Assembly (NCBI GenBank): GCA_030704615.1
Contig: CM060733.1
Coordinates: 36,828,001-36,892,000 of the forward strand
DNA: 64,000 bases
Source of the DNA: Takakia lepidozioides
Lineage: Eukaryota; Plantae; Bryophyta
Direction of reading: 5' to 3'
Under the pieces are notes generated by a model, which ran no database searches, was not told the origin of the DNA, and saw only the letters and a list, made by a program, of their open reading frames with translations. Made by a program: the position numbers and the translations under genes. Below, piece after piece: positions 12,270 through 24,579 of this stretch; within the stretch, counting starts at the first letter, position 1, and every line of letters begins with the position of its first letter.

Positions 12270-12838
12270 TGTTAGAGGGCTGCTTGGGACTTAGACGTTT
12301 TTACGGGATCTGTGGGGTACCCTTAATTTTTACACAGACTGAGACCAACAGGAGCCTTAGGGGTGACAGCAACAGGCTTAGGGAGGGAGATACACAGCTC
12401 GACACAGTCCATCATAGCCCAACACAGCCATCATAGCCCGTCACAGTCCAACACAGCCAGTCACAGCCAACACAGCCCGTCACAGCCCGTCACAGTCAGA
12501 CACAGCCGTCATAGCCCGTCACAGTCCAACACAGCCAGTCACAGCCAACACAGCCAACACAGCCCGTCACAGTCAGACACAGCCGTCACAGCTTCGCACA
12601 GTCGACACAACCCAACACAGCCAGTCATAGCCCGATACAGCCGCCACAACTTTGCACAGCCCTACACAGCCCGACATAGCCAGTCACAGCCCGCCACAGC
12701 CTGATACAGCCAGTCACAGCTCGGCACAGCTGGGGGACAGTTATCATTAGCAGGGAACGACGGTGGGTGAACAACATCTGAAAAAGGAACGTGTACTACA
12801 GGGATGACGGTTAGTTAGGAAAGCGGTTAGAACAGCTT
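12270..12838 (+). mobile_element. Partial 3' LTR (tandem duplicate of the first ~45% of the LTR, with an expanded minisatellite)
   Basis: Starts TGTTAGAGGGCTGCTTGGGAC and breaks off at GGTTAGAACAGCTTG, where the PPT+LTR restarts. Confidence 0.85.
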
Positions 12839-12854
12839 GAGGAGGAGGGGTAAA

Positions 12855-13813
12855 TGTTAGAGGGCTGCTTGGGACTCACACGCTTTTACGGGATCTGTGG
12901 GGTACCCTTAATTTTTACACAGAATGAGACCAACAGGAGCCTTAGGGGTGACAGCAACAGGCTTAGGGAGGGAGATACACAGCCCGACACAGCCGTCATA
13001 GTCCGTCACAATCCAACACAGCCAACACAGCCCGTCACAGTCAGACACAGCCGTCACAGCTTCGCACAGTCGACACAGCCCAACACAGCCAGTCACAGCC
13101 CGATACAGCCGCCACAGCTTCGCACAGCCCTACACAGCCCGCCACAGCCTGATACAGCCAGTCACAGCTCCGCACAGCTGGGGGACAGTTATCATTAGTA
13201 GGGAACAACGGTGGGGGAACGACATCTGAAAAAGGAATGTGTACTACAGGGATGACGGTTAGTTAGGAAAGCGGTTAGAACAGCTTGTAGGTAGAAAAAG
13301 CGAAGAGCGGGGAGGTCTAAAAATCACTTCTTGGTGGGGGACTTCTGGCATCAAGGCTTAGAAATAGGGGGGAGAGCACATCTCTGAGTGGGAAAATGAA
13401 GAGCACGGAGTAGGAGAAGTGACGATCTGTTGTTACTTGATGAATGCAAGCTGTAGAATTGTAATATAGAGTAGATTAGAGACACCATGGCTTCAGCCTG
13501 ATACTTGAAAGATATTAATCTGATACATACTTCATACTCACATTGTGTAGAGAGACCTGAGTGAAGCTGTGGAATGAATGGATGGAACTTGATAGATTTC
13601 TGAAGCAAATTGATACTTAATTGCAGACAGTAAGGTAACTCGCTAACATGAATGTGGGAAGGAGTACAAATAGGAAACACCCCCATGATACACTAGCTGT
13701 AGGTCATGACTGATTGTTCTGAGCGGGCTAAGTGCTTAGAGATTTCCAACTCTTCTATCTTGGAGTTCCCACCTCGGATAGCGAAGGGATGGGTGAGTAA
13801 AAGCCGCTCGACA
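12855..13813 (+). mobile_element. Complete 3' LTR (~960 bp) of a Tat/Ogre-like element
   Basis: TG...CA termini (TGTTAG...GCTCGACA), preceded by a PPT. 13670-13813 is a near-exact reverse complement of 8345-8487. Confidence 0.85.
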
Positions 13814-14704
13814 CACCTGATGTCCCCCCAGGAGTAAGGCTGGAATCCTGCAAGGTTTCAGCAGTACCTTGTATGTTACCACCTTCACTCTGTTGTGGCT
13901 GGACTGATGTCTCCCACCCCACAGGATGATGCAGAGCAGATGCATCCTCGGTTTGTTTCAGAATGTCTTTCCCTTTCAGGGTATTAGGTGTACCTGGAGA
14001 TGTTGGATAAAGAGGTGGCCGCGGTGCAGTGAAGCTCGAAGGTGCCGGCTGTTGCACTCCAATGTAGTTGGATGCTGAAGGTTGGTGGCCACCATACTGG
14101 ACCTGCCCCTGGTGTGGTCTTGCAGGGCTGGTAGGATAGAGGGTGGAAGTAGGTTGGTTGTACATAGGCCGAGGAGGATACATAGTATGAGGATGCATTC
14201 CATAATGGTGGTAAATGGAATACCCACCTTGACTAGGATCATGCATTGGAGCGCCTGCAGGTGGAGCAAAAGAATTGTAATTGTGGCACTGAGGATCATT
14301 ATTTGGAGGTTGATAGTGAGGATATGGCATGTGCCCATGCAGATTATACCCTGACATGGCAGGATACTGCGGGTACATAGGCGGATACGAGGGAGGAGCC
14401 GATAGTGGTGGATACAAGGGAGTTGGAACGTCAGTCTGTGGAGTGGGCCGGGCTGGTTTTTCGTAAGTTGGAACAGCCGCACCGCACCATTCATCACAGC
14501 AGCTGGCGCAGTAGTTGGTGCACACTTCGCTGGAGTAAGAGACTTATGCTCGTTCGCATCCTTCCCTGCAATTTCTTTCCTTTTTTTGACTGAACTCTGC
14601 ACACATTGCTCAACATCAACATGAGAAACAATATAATTCTCATACTTGTCCACTCGAACATGCATGAATTCCAGAAGCAACTGTAACAATGCTTCATTGC
14701 CCAC
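13755..14704 (-). pseudogene. Pro/Tyr/Gln-rich ORF remnant of unknown, probably TE-associated, origin, cut by the LTR
   Basis: Overlapping ORFs 13976-14704 and 13755-14525 with low-complexity PYP repeats; no recognisable domain. Confidence 0.3.
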
Positions 14705-15447
14705 TAAACTGGGGCTGGAAACCTATACATAAATGTTAAAGGTGCCCAGAATGCTGACCCAAAAATCTCTGAAGTCGGAGGGATTGAACTTTCCAAACTT
14801 GAGAGGCCCAGACTTCTGTAACATTCCATACATGGCATTGTGTCCTCTGTTCAGCATATTCAAATTTCACGCTGAGGCTCGGGTTATATTCGAACAATCC
14901 CTAAATTTGTCCAGAGAGGTACTCAAAAGGAAAAAGAGCAAGATTTATATACCATCATGAAGGAGAGTCAAGCATACCATCACATTGCTGAAAACAAAGG
15001 CACATGGTCCATAAGTTGAATTGGCAAAAAGATGTTGGAGGGTTTAGGGGTAAGGACTTCAAGTGCCTCTAGTGCTGTACTATCTATCTGGCTTTGTTGC
15101 CAGATTTGCAATCCCTCTTTCCTCTCTGTTTGCTATTCAAAGGTATTCTTCCCGCCCTGAGTTTAAATTTCAGTCTAGTGCCGAGGGTGGGTAAACCATT
15201 GAGGTCATCCCATGTCACAGACTGGAAACAAGTTCAAGGAAGTTTTCAGCCTAACTTCATTTTCATCAGAGAATTTCCTGCAACAGACATGGCTTTGGAC
15301 ACTACAGCCTCTAAGTCAGATTTATCCAGCAGGGTCAAGATTTGCGGGCTGAGATTCAGATTGTCGTGCACCTAAGCATCGTGCCACAACATACATCGCT
15401 GTCCACCACACAATCTAAGCACACAATCCTAGAAAGCTATACCACAA

Positions 15448-15689
15448 TGATAAGAGATGAGAAATGAGAGAAGTAAAAGACAATGAAAGCTCTCAAAGCA
15501 TGAAGCAATCACATGAAGAACAAGCCCTAGTCCTTCCAAGTGAAATCCACTCTATCACATAAACTAAGTCAAGCCAAGGGCACCTTTGCTAAAGGAATCC
15601 ACCCTACAAAGCCCTCAACACACTCCCTCTCAATACCTAGAGCTATGGAGGTGAGAGAAGCTCATGGAGGCTCAACTACAAGAAGATGA
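15448..15689 (-). repeat. LTR fragment, near-identical to 21842-22083, with a degenerate tRNA-Met PBS
   Basis: 242-bp direct repeat starting TGATAAGAGATGAGAAATG. On the minus strand it ends ...TATCA followed by ttg-TGGTATAGC (compare TGGTATCAGAGC). Confidence 0.75.
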
Positions 15690-15892
15690 AGGCTCATGGA
15701 GGCTCAACTACAGCGCCCAAATCCGGAATGCTGCCGCCGTAGCACTATGGTCCTAGGCGCAGGACCCACCTTCTTCACATTCGACCCCACTGCCACTCCC
15801 TGTACATGTGGTCCCTGCAAAACATATAGTGCCAGCCTTGCGTGAGAGGGCATCCGGGGGGAACAAAATAAACATGGACTTTGGCTTCAATG

Positions 15893-18167
15893 TCATGTTG
15901 CAAACAGTAAGGTTAGTTTCACCTGCATGGGCACAGAAGTACTTCCCCCAACGACCCCAACCTCTCCCACATTCAAGCTGCCAGTCGGGGTCAGCTTCCG
16001 TGTGCTTGTGAAGACACGCACATCCTTAGAGCAAAACAAATCTTGGCAGTAGGGCCAGACTGTTTCTAAAAGGTAGTCTGAATCGGGCCCCTCACTGACA
16101 TTGCCAGTGACATCAAATGACAATGGATGGACCATGTTCAAAGGGGAGTTCCCCCTCCCCTTGTGTGGTGAATCATCCACTAGGAGGGTGTTGGATTCGT
16201 TAAATCCAGAAAATTCCGACCACACCCTCGACAGTCTCTTCTGTAAGTTCTGTACGACAGGCCCTTTTGTGAAGTGTGGCTCTATCAAGGGGTCACACTC
16301 CTCTTGTGACCACACAAAGAGGGGAGAACCCTTGACCCCCTGCATCACCACTTTGAAGATGTCTGCAACATTCCCCTTGGAAGCACAGGACCATATCCCA
16401 ACATAGAAATACCGGAAGAGAAGGTTTAAAAACTCGCAGACCTGGGGCCTTGGGAAAACATACTTGTTGGTGGTCAACACCCATGGCCAATGACGCCTCG
16501 GGTTGGGCTGAAAGTTAGGAATAGAGTGGCACAGGATCCCGTTCAGGTCTAGAACAATTAGTTTCGACTTTTCTATGGAAGGAGCTTTTGAAGGGGTGTC
16601 ACGGGGTCTCACCTCAGTGGGTTGGGAGACAACAGTCACCCTGGAGGGCAAAGTTCCGGTCCCCCTGCAGCCTGGACCAGGCAAACTACCACCCTCTCCC
16701 CCTACAGCTTCCCCTTTTCCCCCATCATGAGCAATGACCCCCCCATCGTCCATGTCATCCCCACCAACTTGCTGGACCTCTCCCTCTTCAACGAGTGGAC
16801 CATGCCCCCCACTGTGAATATCATCAACAACAGCCCGGACCTCTGTCACATCCCTACCCACTACAATTACTTCCTCCTTGTCAGGTACAATGGTCGCAGC
16901 AGGGGGGTCTTCCATAATGCCACCCGTCACACCCCCTTTTTGCCCCATCATGAGTTCCACTATCTTCTTCAGTTGTGCTTCCATTCCCCTCTCCCGAACC
17001 GCAGAGAGAGCCGCAAGCCTCTCCAGGGCCCCGATGCAGGCTGCCATTGAGTTCCCCGCTCCCTACACATACAAACACCCACCCGTACTGTTAAAAACCA
17101 GAAGAAGAGGCCGAATGTGCAGGATTTCAGGCATTTGGAGATGGCTGGGTTTGGCATAACACCCCTCGTGTACCATGCGTGGGGGCCCCACATACCCACC
17201 AAATCTTAGTACAACAACAGATTCATGAATGGAAACCGGACTTCAAAACATACCTGGCTCAAAACAGACTCTGATGGGGTGCCAGTCGCAGCGTTCTTTT
17301 GCTCCGCCCCGAGCTCGAATAGTGACGGGCTCCGCGCTTTGCGTCTTTTCTGTATTTGCCCATCCACACACTATCAGTACAAAATGCCAGGAGCATATGG
17401 ACAAAGCACTGCCCTGCATATCACATAACAACTAATTCTGCACAAGCAATAAGACCCACTCGTGGGTGTCTCTTCCATCAGAACATGCCACAACGTAAGA
17501 GCAATGAGAAGGGGGTGAGGGAGATTACCAAACGGGCTGCTTGGCCTGCAACTCCTGCCCGGCCCCAACGCGAGGGGTTCGTGACACAAGCACGCGCTTG
17601 CTTCATCCCTTCAGCCTTTGCAAGTCCACGAGGGGACTCCCAGTAGGCAACAAGCTTATCCCAATAGGCAAGTTCAGTGTTCATTGGCCTCACACCAGTC
17701 TTCGCCCATTTATCTTTCAGTTTTGCTCTTTCTCCTTTCATTATCTTCCCACATTGCTTCACTATAAAATCACGATTGGCAGGGATAGGTGTGTACTCGT
17801 ACATTCCATTTATGCCCTCTATTATTGTTGACATGGCACTCTGGGACTGCTGGTCAATGTCTTGTACGCTTGAGTCAAGGTAACGCAATGCCAGGCCACG
17901 CAAATCACGCTCCCAGTGTTCCTTATCTTCGCAGCCAGCATTGATGACTCCATTTCCATGCACCTCCACCTTGTGGCGCTTTAGCCCTGCAGCCACCCTT
18001 CCCTCTCCATCTCCTTCCCATTGTTTCATGGCATGGCGTCGTTCCTTCCTCAGCTCTGATGTTCGTTTCCTGCCCCCATGCTCTGGAGCAGCGCCGTCAT
18101 ACGTTGTGGGGGGTGACTGATGTGTGCCGGAGGGGGAGGGCCGTATGGAGATGTGGGAGGCCCCCAT
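15893..18167 (-). CDS. CACTA TnpA-like (Ptta/En/Spm-type) protein spliced in frame to an FCP1/NIF-type HAD phosphatase domain
   Basis: Exon 18167-17529 contains WDKLVAYWESP...KAEGMKQAR...SRWGRAG. Phase-0 GT-AG introns join exon 17349-17254 (32 codons) and an exon from 17062 containing LIVLDLNGILC, RPQVCEFL, VGIWS, LFVWSQEEC and NTLLVDDSPHK. The true 5' and 3' ends are uncertain. Confidence 0.7.
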
Positions 18168-18959
18168 TGTGACGTGGCAACATCAGGAAGCCAGCGCCAC
18201 GACCCCGAAGCAGGGGGGGCTCCCCATGGTGCACTCTGTTGTGAGACCATCCGACAGGGGGTGGGTGCCAAGGTTGGTGTTGGTTGGCATTGTGTGGTGG
18301 CTGTGAGTGCTTTGCTGCAACTTCACTCCCCTTCCGCTGCCAAAAACATCCCACACACAAAGTGCATCAGCTGTAGTCCTATTGAACACAACCTCATCAG
18401 AGCACAAACCATCCCACAACCACAACTATGGATTGGCTGACCTCAAACCCACTCCCCTGCAGCGCAAGTGCCAAAAATTGAAAAGGAGAGGGACAGAATG
18501 TCCTCATAACATGTAAGGCCATTCATTGGTGAAGAAACAGAATGTGGGCGGGTTCACATCAGTACCACATGAAACTTACCAGGAAACAGAATATCCATCC
18601 GGGTTTTGCACATATGCAGTGGACATCTATTCACACAATCAGCAAATGGTTGTATGGCGGAGCCCAGCAACGGAGCCCCAAAAGGCCTAAAGACTCTCAA
18701 TGTTGGTACACACAGGTGCAGAGACAATTCAATTGAAAGGATATTGCAGACCTAGCCTCGTTGGAGTTATCAACGCATATAGCAAATGCGTACTCCAACG
18801 CAGGTGCAATGACGTGACAAAGCAACATTTCCTTGACCTAAAAACTAGTCCCTCTGCACACAGTGGTAGACCTGAAGGTTTTTCCACGATGTCCTCCCCC
18901 ATGTCACAAATTGAAAACATGTTCAGGGATGTTTTCTGCCTAACTTCATTTTCTGCCCA

Positions 18960-19642
18960 ATCAGATCTCCTCTACGCTGATGATGTTGCCCTTTTGGCAC
19001 AATCCCCAGTCTTTCTGCAACGCCATCTCAAAATTTTGGAACAGTTCTGCAAAGACTATGGGATGCAAGTCAATCTTAGCAAGACCAAGATCATGGTCTT
19101 CAATGGCCAGGCTGATCGTAGATTCATCTTCAACCAGCAGGAAATTGAGATTGTCAAATCATACCGGTACCTAGGTCTGGTTATCCACTCCCCCAAGTTT
19201 CACTTTGCAGCCACTGCCTTGGACAGATTGACTAAAGGTAAGGCGGCCTCCGTCCGCCTTCACGCCAAATGCAAGCAAATACATCTGCGGCATCCCCCGA
19301 CCAAAAAGTGGTTGTTTGACACCGTCGTCAGCCCTGATCAATGGTTGTGAGTTATGGGCACCTGGTGTCCCTGTCTCCTGGTGGAAAAAGAATTTGGAAC
19401 CATTACAGTCATCTTTTCTCCAAGCAATGATTGGCGCCAGGAGCACAACTCCATCTCAGATCCTAGGTGCAGAGTTCGCATGTGTACCATTGCAATCCGA
19501 GGCACAGTTCAGGCTTACAATCTTTCTCCATAGATTGCAGGCCCTTCCACCCAAAGGGCTAGTGGCAAGGGCCCTCACAACATCTATGAGGCTCAAAGCT
19601 GTAGGTTTCGAGAACTCTTCCTCACACACACACGAACTGTAG
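18960..19642 (+). mobile_element. Non-LTR (LINE) reverse transcriptase 3' fragment
   Basis: LLYADDVALL, QVNLSKTKIMVF and YRYLG, then after a frameshift near 19335 GCELW...LQSSFL...ILGAEF. Confidence 0.85.
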
Positions 19643-21279
19643 AGACAGGTGGTTTTCCAGGATGTCGTTGTTTGAGTCGATTTTGGTCATTTCTCTCAGT
19701 GTCTTGTTGGAAAGATTCTAGTTATGATGGGAAGCGTCGTGATGGCTTTTAAATGGTTTGTTGTTGAGTGTAACTTTTCATCATGTTGTGGAATCTACCG
19801 GTTGGTATAAAATGTCAACTGTCTTCTCTGCCAAAGGATGTGCGGCTGAACCTTTCAAATTGAGATTGCAGGAGGAGGGAATTGACGGTAGTGAAATGGG
19901 AGTGGCAGAGCCAAATTGAGGAATCTTTGCAAAGGAGAATCCGGCCCCCTGCAACGGCGTGCACAAACAGCATTGAAGAGGCTCCCCAACAAAAATGAGT
20001 TCCCCTCGCCCATGAAAGGGAAAAGCAGCTACACATCAAATTCTTGCAAGTACAGGGGGGTACTCAGGCCTCCTTGGGAGAAAGAGTGCCATAAACACAG
20101 ACACATCCTTAAATGTAAAAATTGGAGAAGCGAACGTCTGGTGGCAATATCTGCCTAAACCAGAATTATCCTCCATTCCAGCGCACATGTAAAGGGTCGA
20201 ATGATAACTCGGAATCCCAGTTGGAGATAATGAGACGAATACATGACTATCTTGCGAGTTTCAACTTTCTTGGAGGTAGTTTCCAGTTTCTCTGGTGTCA
20301 CAACTGCCTTCAAGCTGGGTTTAGAGGAATTAAGTCCCACTCGCAAATGCAGAATGTCTCCCTCATCTGCATGGGGAAAATAGGGTTTGGCATGATATGA
20401 TTGTAGTTCATAACCAAAGGGCATATTCTTCAGCTTTGACGTCTTTGCGATCTTCTTCTGTGACGCCTTCTGCATAACTTGTGAAATGGAAAAGCAGCTA
20501 CACATCAAATTATTGCGATGCCACTTAATGGCACTATGAACGTTTCGAGCATGCTGTCAGAAAACTAGACGGACAAAAACCCAATTCAGCAGCCTCACCT
20601 TGCGTGGATACTTGGGAATTGATGCCAGAAGGGCATGCCCGTATGCGCGCTCCATCGTGCCTCCATCCAGCACATTCTGTAAATGTTGAATGACCAAGAC
20701 CCCGATGTCACACCGTTCTGAGAAGCCAATACGCGCGCTCACAGTATACGAAGGCCTTGCCGTGTCAGGATTTGCATTCCCACGTCCCGCCATGTCCGAC
20801 GCAGCACTTGCATCCTTGTCTCTGCCAGGTGGAGGCAGCACATATTAAAATATCTATTCCCCCAAGGCCACATTTTGTTTACCTCTTTTTGTGAAAGCCA
20901 CGTCAGCAAATGTGCTGCCGAGTCATGGGTGCAATGAATGCGCAATGGTTCATGGAGTCGTTGAGTCGACTACATATTCACTTTAATGAATAAATATCTT
21001 TATTCCATTAATCGAATTAGGAAAGAAAATTTGTAGTCGCATGTGCAGTAATTACAACCACTTGTAATTTTGGCTTTTTCAAATTTTATGTGTTTACGCA
21101 ATTCGTAAAATAGCCCGGAATTTTGCTACGACTCCGGAGTCGTTGACCCCACTTCTGTCCGCCGTCTGAAATGCCCCCGTGGGCCCACATTGTCTGTTTC
21201 GACTCTCCAGTAGTCCCGTTTACTACCAAGTGGTTCCCGGAGTGGTCGCGGACATGCAGTCGAATCGGAAAAGACACGA

Positions 21280-22230
21280 ATGCTTCTAGTGTCTCCAAGC
21301 CCTTCCAATGGCACCCTAAGCTTGGCTCCACACCACCATGTTTGGAAGATTTCTTCACATGCTCCCTTTCAAAACCTCTTGAGCTTCTTAGTGCTCTCTA
21401 AGTGCTTGCCCTTGTTGTCTTCAAGCCCAAGCATATATAGCTCCTTGGCTTCTCTTCCACAACATCCACACTTTGAACTTGCTTAACCCTAGCTTGATAG
21501 TGAAATGAGCACTAACAAGCCTTTAGTCACTCTCCACAAGCCATGGCGCACACCATCGACTCCATAATGCATACAAAGGATTCTCAAACCCTAGAATCCA
21601 TGCTTCCACACACACAAGACTTCCTCCTTACAATCCTTGCAAAATCTTGTGACTCGAGAGCTTTCTTCTCAAGCTCTCCAACTCCTTGGTGCATGCAATA
21701 CTCGAGCACCTTTCCTTGCAACCCTTTGCAAGCCTTGTGATACAAGAGCTAAATTCTCCTAGCTCTCAACCTCTTTAAAATACAAGTGCAAAACTAATCC
21801 TTACACTCCGCACTCACAAGCATAAGGTGATCTTCTTGTAGTGATAAGAGATGAGAAATGAGAGAAGTAGAAGACAATGAAAGCTCTCAAAGCATGAAGC
21901 AATCACATGAAGAACAAGCCCTAGTCCTTCCAAGTGAAATCCACTCTATCACATAAACTAAGTCAAGCCAAGGGCACCTTTGCTAAAGGAATCCACCCTA
22001 CAAAGCCCTCAACACACTCCCTCTCAATACCTAGAGCTATGGAGGTGAGAGAAGCTCATGGAGGCTCAACTACAAGAAGATGAGCCTCCTCAACACTCAC
22101 AAGGGGAAAACCTATCTCTATGTCTCAAGTGAGGCTCAACACCTCACTTGGCATGTGAGACCAAATGAAGTCCCAACACACAAAATATAAATATAAATAT
22201 CTAAAATGTCCTAGTTAACTAGAAGTAGGT
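21280..22230 (-). mobile_element. Degenerate LTR retroelement piece: LTR copy from 21842 rightward plus a possible copia gag remnant
   Basis: 21842-22083 repeats 15448-15689. The minus strand at ~21370-21460 reads REAKELYMLGLEDNKGKHLESTKKLKRF, weakly like copia gag. Boundaries are approximate. Confidence 0.45.
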
Positions 22231-23754
22231 AATTCTAGATAACCATGACTAAAACCATGACAAGATCCTTGAGAATCTCTTCTATTCTCTTCTGCCAGGA
22301 CTTAGCCTGTTTGACAAGGTGATCCTGCTTCCAAGACGTCGGGAGCTTAAGGGATGCCAAACTCACCCCGAACAACCACATTGGTTGTTTGGAGCATGCT
22401 GACATGCACTCCATAAGCACCCCACTTGAATGGATTCTAGAGACTTTGCAATAGAGACTAAGAGATAGATGTACTCATGAGACCAACTTAGTACCCACTG
22501 TAGTCGGTGTAGAAATGAAGTGGTACTTTAGCTATAACGTCCGCAGAAAGCTGAAAGAGCTCATGGGGCAAGAGAAAAGAACAAGAAAGTGAGATGGGCC
22601 CTCCACAAGCAACCCAAAAACAACTATTGTTCAAGGGTTTGTCTAAGAGCCATGTTGAGCTGACAAGGTGAGTTCCATACACATCATAAGGGAATCTACC
22701 TTGTATATTAAGCTGCCTAGCATTCTGATCCTCGTAATGGAAGACCTCCGTGACAGATTAGGCATCATAGAATAAACAAGTGAATCTCCCACGGATCTCA
22801 TAGTAGAAAGGGCAGTGAAAAAAGAAAGGCTCATCACTTTCAATTTCCCTGTTGTTCCAACGCATGCGGGCATAGGCTGTCCTAACGTTCCAGTTGTCCC
22901 ACCTGCCAATCTCTTTCCGCAGACTCTGGGAGCCCACCAAGGTTGGGATGGGCCCAAAACTGCCATAGGGGGTCACGGACAGGTTATGACAATCCAACTA
23001 CAAGTAATTGATTTATGGGCTGCATTGACAGTATACTAGAAAGCATGAGGTTGACTTCAGCACTGCTCTGGTGTTTGAACTCGTCGCACATGTGGCTGTA
23101 GTGGCCCTGCCAGTAAAACACCAGGCAGAAATGACGAAACAACTCTCTCTATATATCTCTCTGTCACTCTCTGTGGACAAATAGCTACGGGCAAACATCT
23201 TAAATGAGTACATTCTAAGACCACTATAAACTGTCTTCAAAAAAGTTAAACCAAAAGGAGATGATCTTACATCCACAGGAAGAGAGGGGGAGCGAAAATA
23301 TGTAAAGAAAAAGCAGCAATTGATTAGTCCCAAGGAGGCCCAGAGGAAGTAGAACCAACAAAAACAGAACTTGTTCAGAGTTGCTCTGATACGGGAGTGC
23401 ATCATGCAGACACGCTGTTAACCACTTCAGGAGCTCGTAGCATCCATATGAAAGAAATTTATTCTGTGGCCTGATGGCCTAAGAGTAAATGTACTCAAAA
23501 GAGTAATATGCTTTGGCAGTGCACAGATCTAGCAATGACCTTTCTCCTGGGTTGCATGTTTGACTTCAGTATGGAACTATCACAGCTCCTACACAAGACC
23601 ATCTCCTCATCTGAGCTTGATATTTACTTCAGTTACATCAAGTACAAAAGTGACATCAGGAGGCAAGTAGAGAGTGACAGTCAAGAGAATAAAACTGGGT
23701 CACATAATGGATCACACATGATACAAAATGATAGACCTAAGGAGAAAGAAAATG

Positions 23755-23945
23755 TATGATATATTCAAGATGACCACTGGGGCTGGCTCCAGGGAAGATG
23801 AGTCGTCCTGGCACAGAGTTTGGTAGATGTGAAACGGGCCATTGAGGGGTATCCTGGTTCGAATTTGCTGGCACAAAAGTACCTAACAAAGCCAATGCTG
23901 ATAAATGGTTACAAGTTTGACTACGCATTTATGTACTTATTCCAT
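23755..23945 (+). pseudogene. Tubulin-tyrosine ligase-like (TTL/TTLL) domain fragment
   Basis: LLAQKYLTKPMLINGYKFD matches the QxYIxxPxLIxGxKFD signature. It is preceded by a degenerate YIFK..GAG and followed by a frameshift. Confidence 0.6.
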
Positions 23946-24571
23946 GGAGACAGAACTTTGGTGCAGATCGCAAACCTGCTGATGGGTTGGGGAGTTTGCA
24001 GGGTGCTTTTGCTGGGGCTTCTTTCGTCGTTTCCATCTCTGACTCCGAGCTGGTCTCATTCAAGTCTTCATGTGCGGCATAATCTTGGTCTTGCTGCAGT
24101 TCTTGCTCTCGTGCCTCCTTTGCATTTGACTCCGCTTGAACTTGCGCTTCCTCCTCTTGCTCTACCTCTTCCCGTTGTGACATTGCAAAGTGCAGGAGTT
24201 GAACTCTGTAACTTTGGCGAGGAGGACCTGTGTGTTTGAGGATTTCCTCGATGAGGCGTTTAGGGCGACTCAAGCTCTCTTCGACACTACAAAGAAGAAG
24301 AAAGACAAAGTCAGCAGCTGAGAACCCTAACATATCCTCTCTGCGGGTTTGGAGCTTTTAATGCGGTCTCATGGCTAGGGCTAGGTAGGGGATATGAAAA
24401 AAATGGAAGTTCGGACCTCTTTCCAATGTCGTAGATCTTGAGCCGTGCGAAGAATGCCTTGTTCTCCGCTTGACGCTTTGCTCGTTCTACCTCCCTTGCT
24501 GTAGGCTTGCGCCCTGGTGTAACTTCTGGACACTCTATTTGGGTCTCCATTTTCTGACAAATCTCGCTCAC
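23929..24571 (-). pseudogene. Charged ORF fragments head-to-head with TnpD; possible CACTA accessory gene 5' part
   Basis: ORFs 24311-24571 (TAREVERAKRQAENKAFFARL) and 23929-24333 (acidic). Confidence 0.35.
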
Positions 24572-24579
24572 TCGCCAAG

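Noticed and set aside
12363-13198. Ser/His/Gln/Thr-rich ORFs (also 8970-9362)
   Set aside because: These are read-through of the LTR minisatellite.
8345-13813. DIRS-like element with inverted terminal repeats
   Set aside because: No tyrosine recombinase or RT is present; TG..CA ends, a PBS and a PPT identify ordinary LTRs.
20022-20511. 21-bp exact repeat aaagcagctacacatcaaatt at ~20022 and ~20491
   Set aside because: No element structure could be identified between the copies, so it cannot be interpreted as a TSD.
24285-24297. CACTACAAAGAA as the left CACTA terminus of the TnpD element
   Set aside because: It lies within an antisense ORF, has no subterminal repeats, and I found no correctly oriented partner end or TSD.
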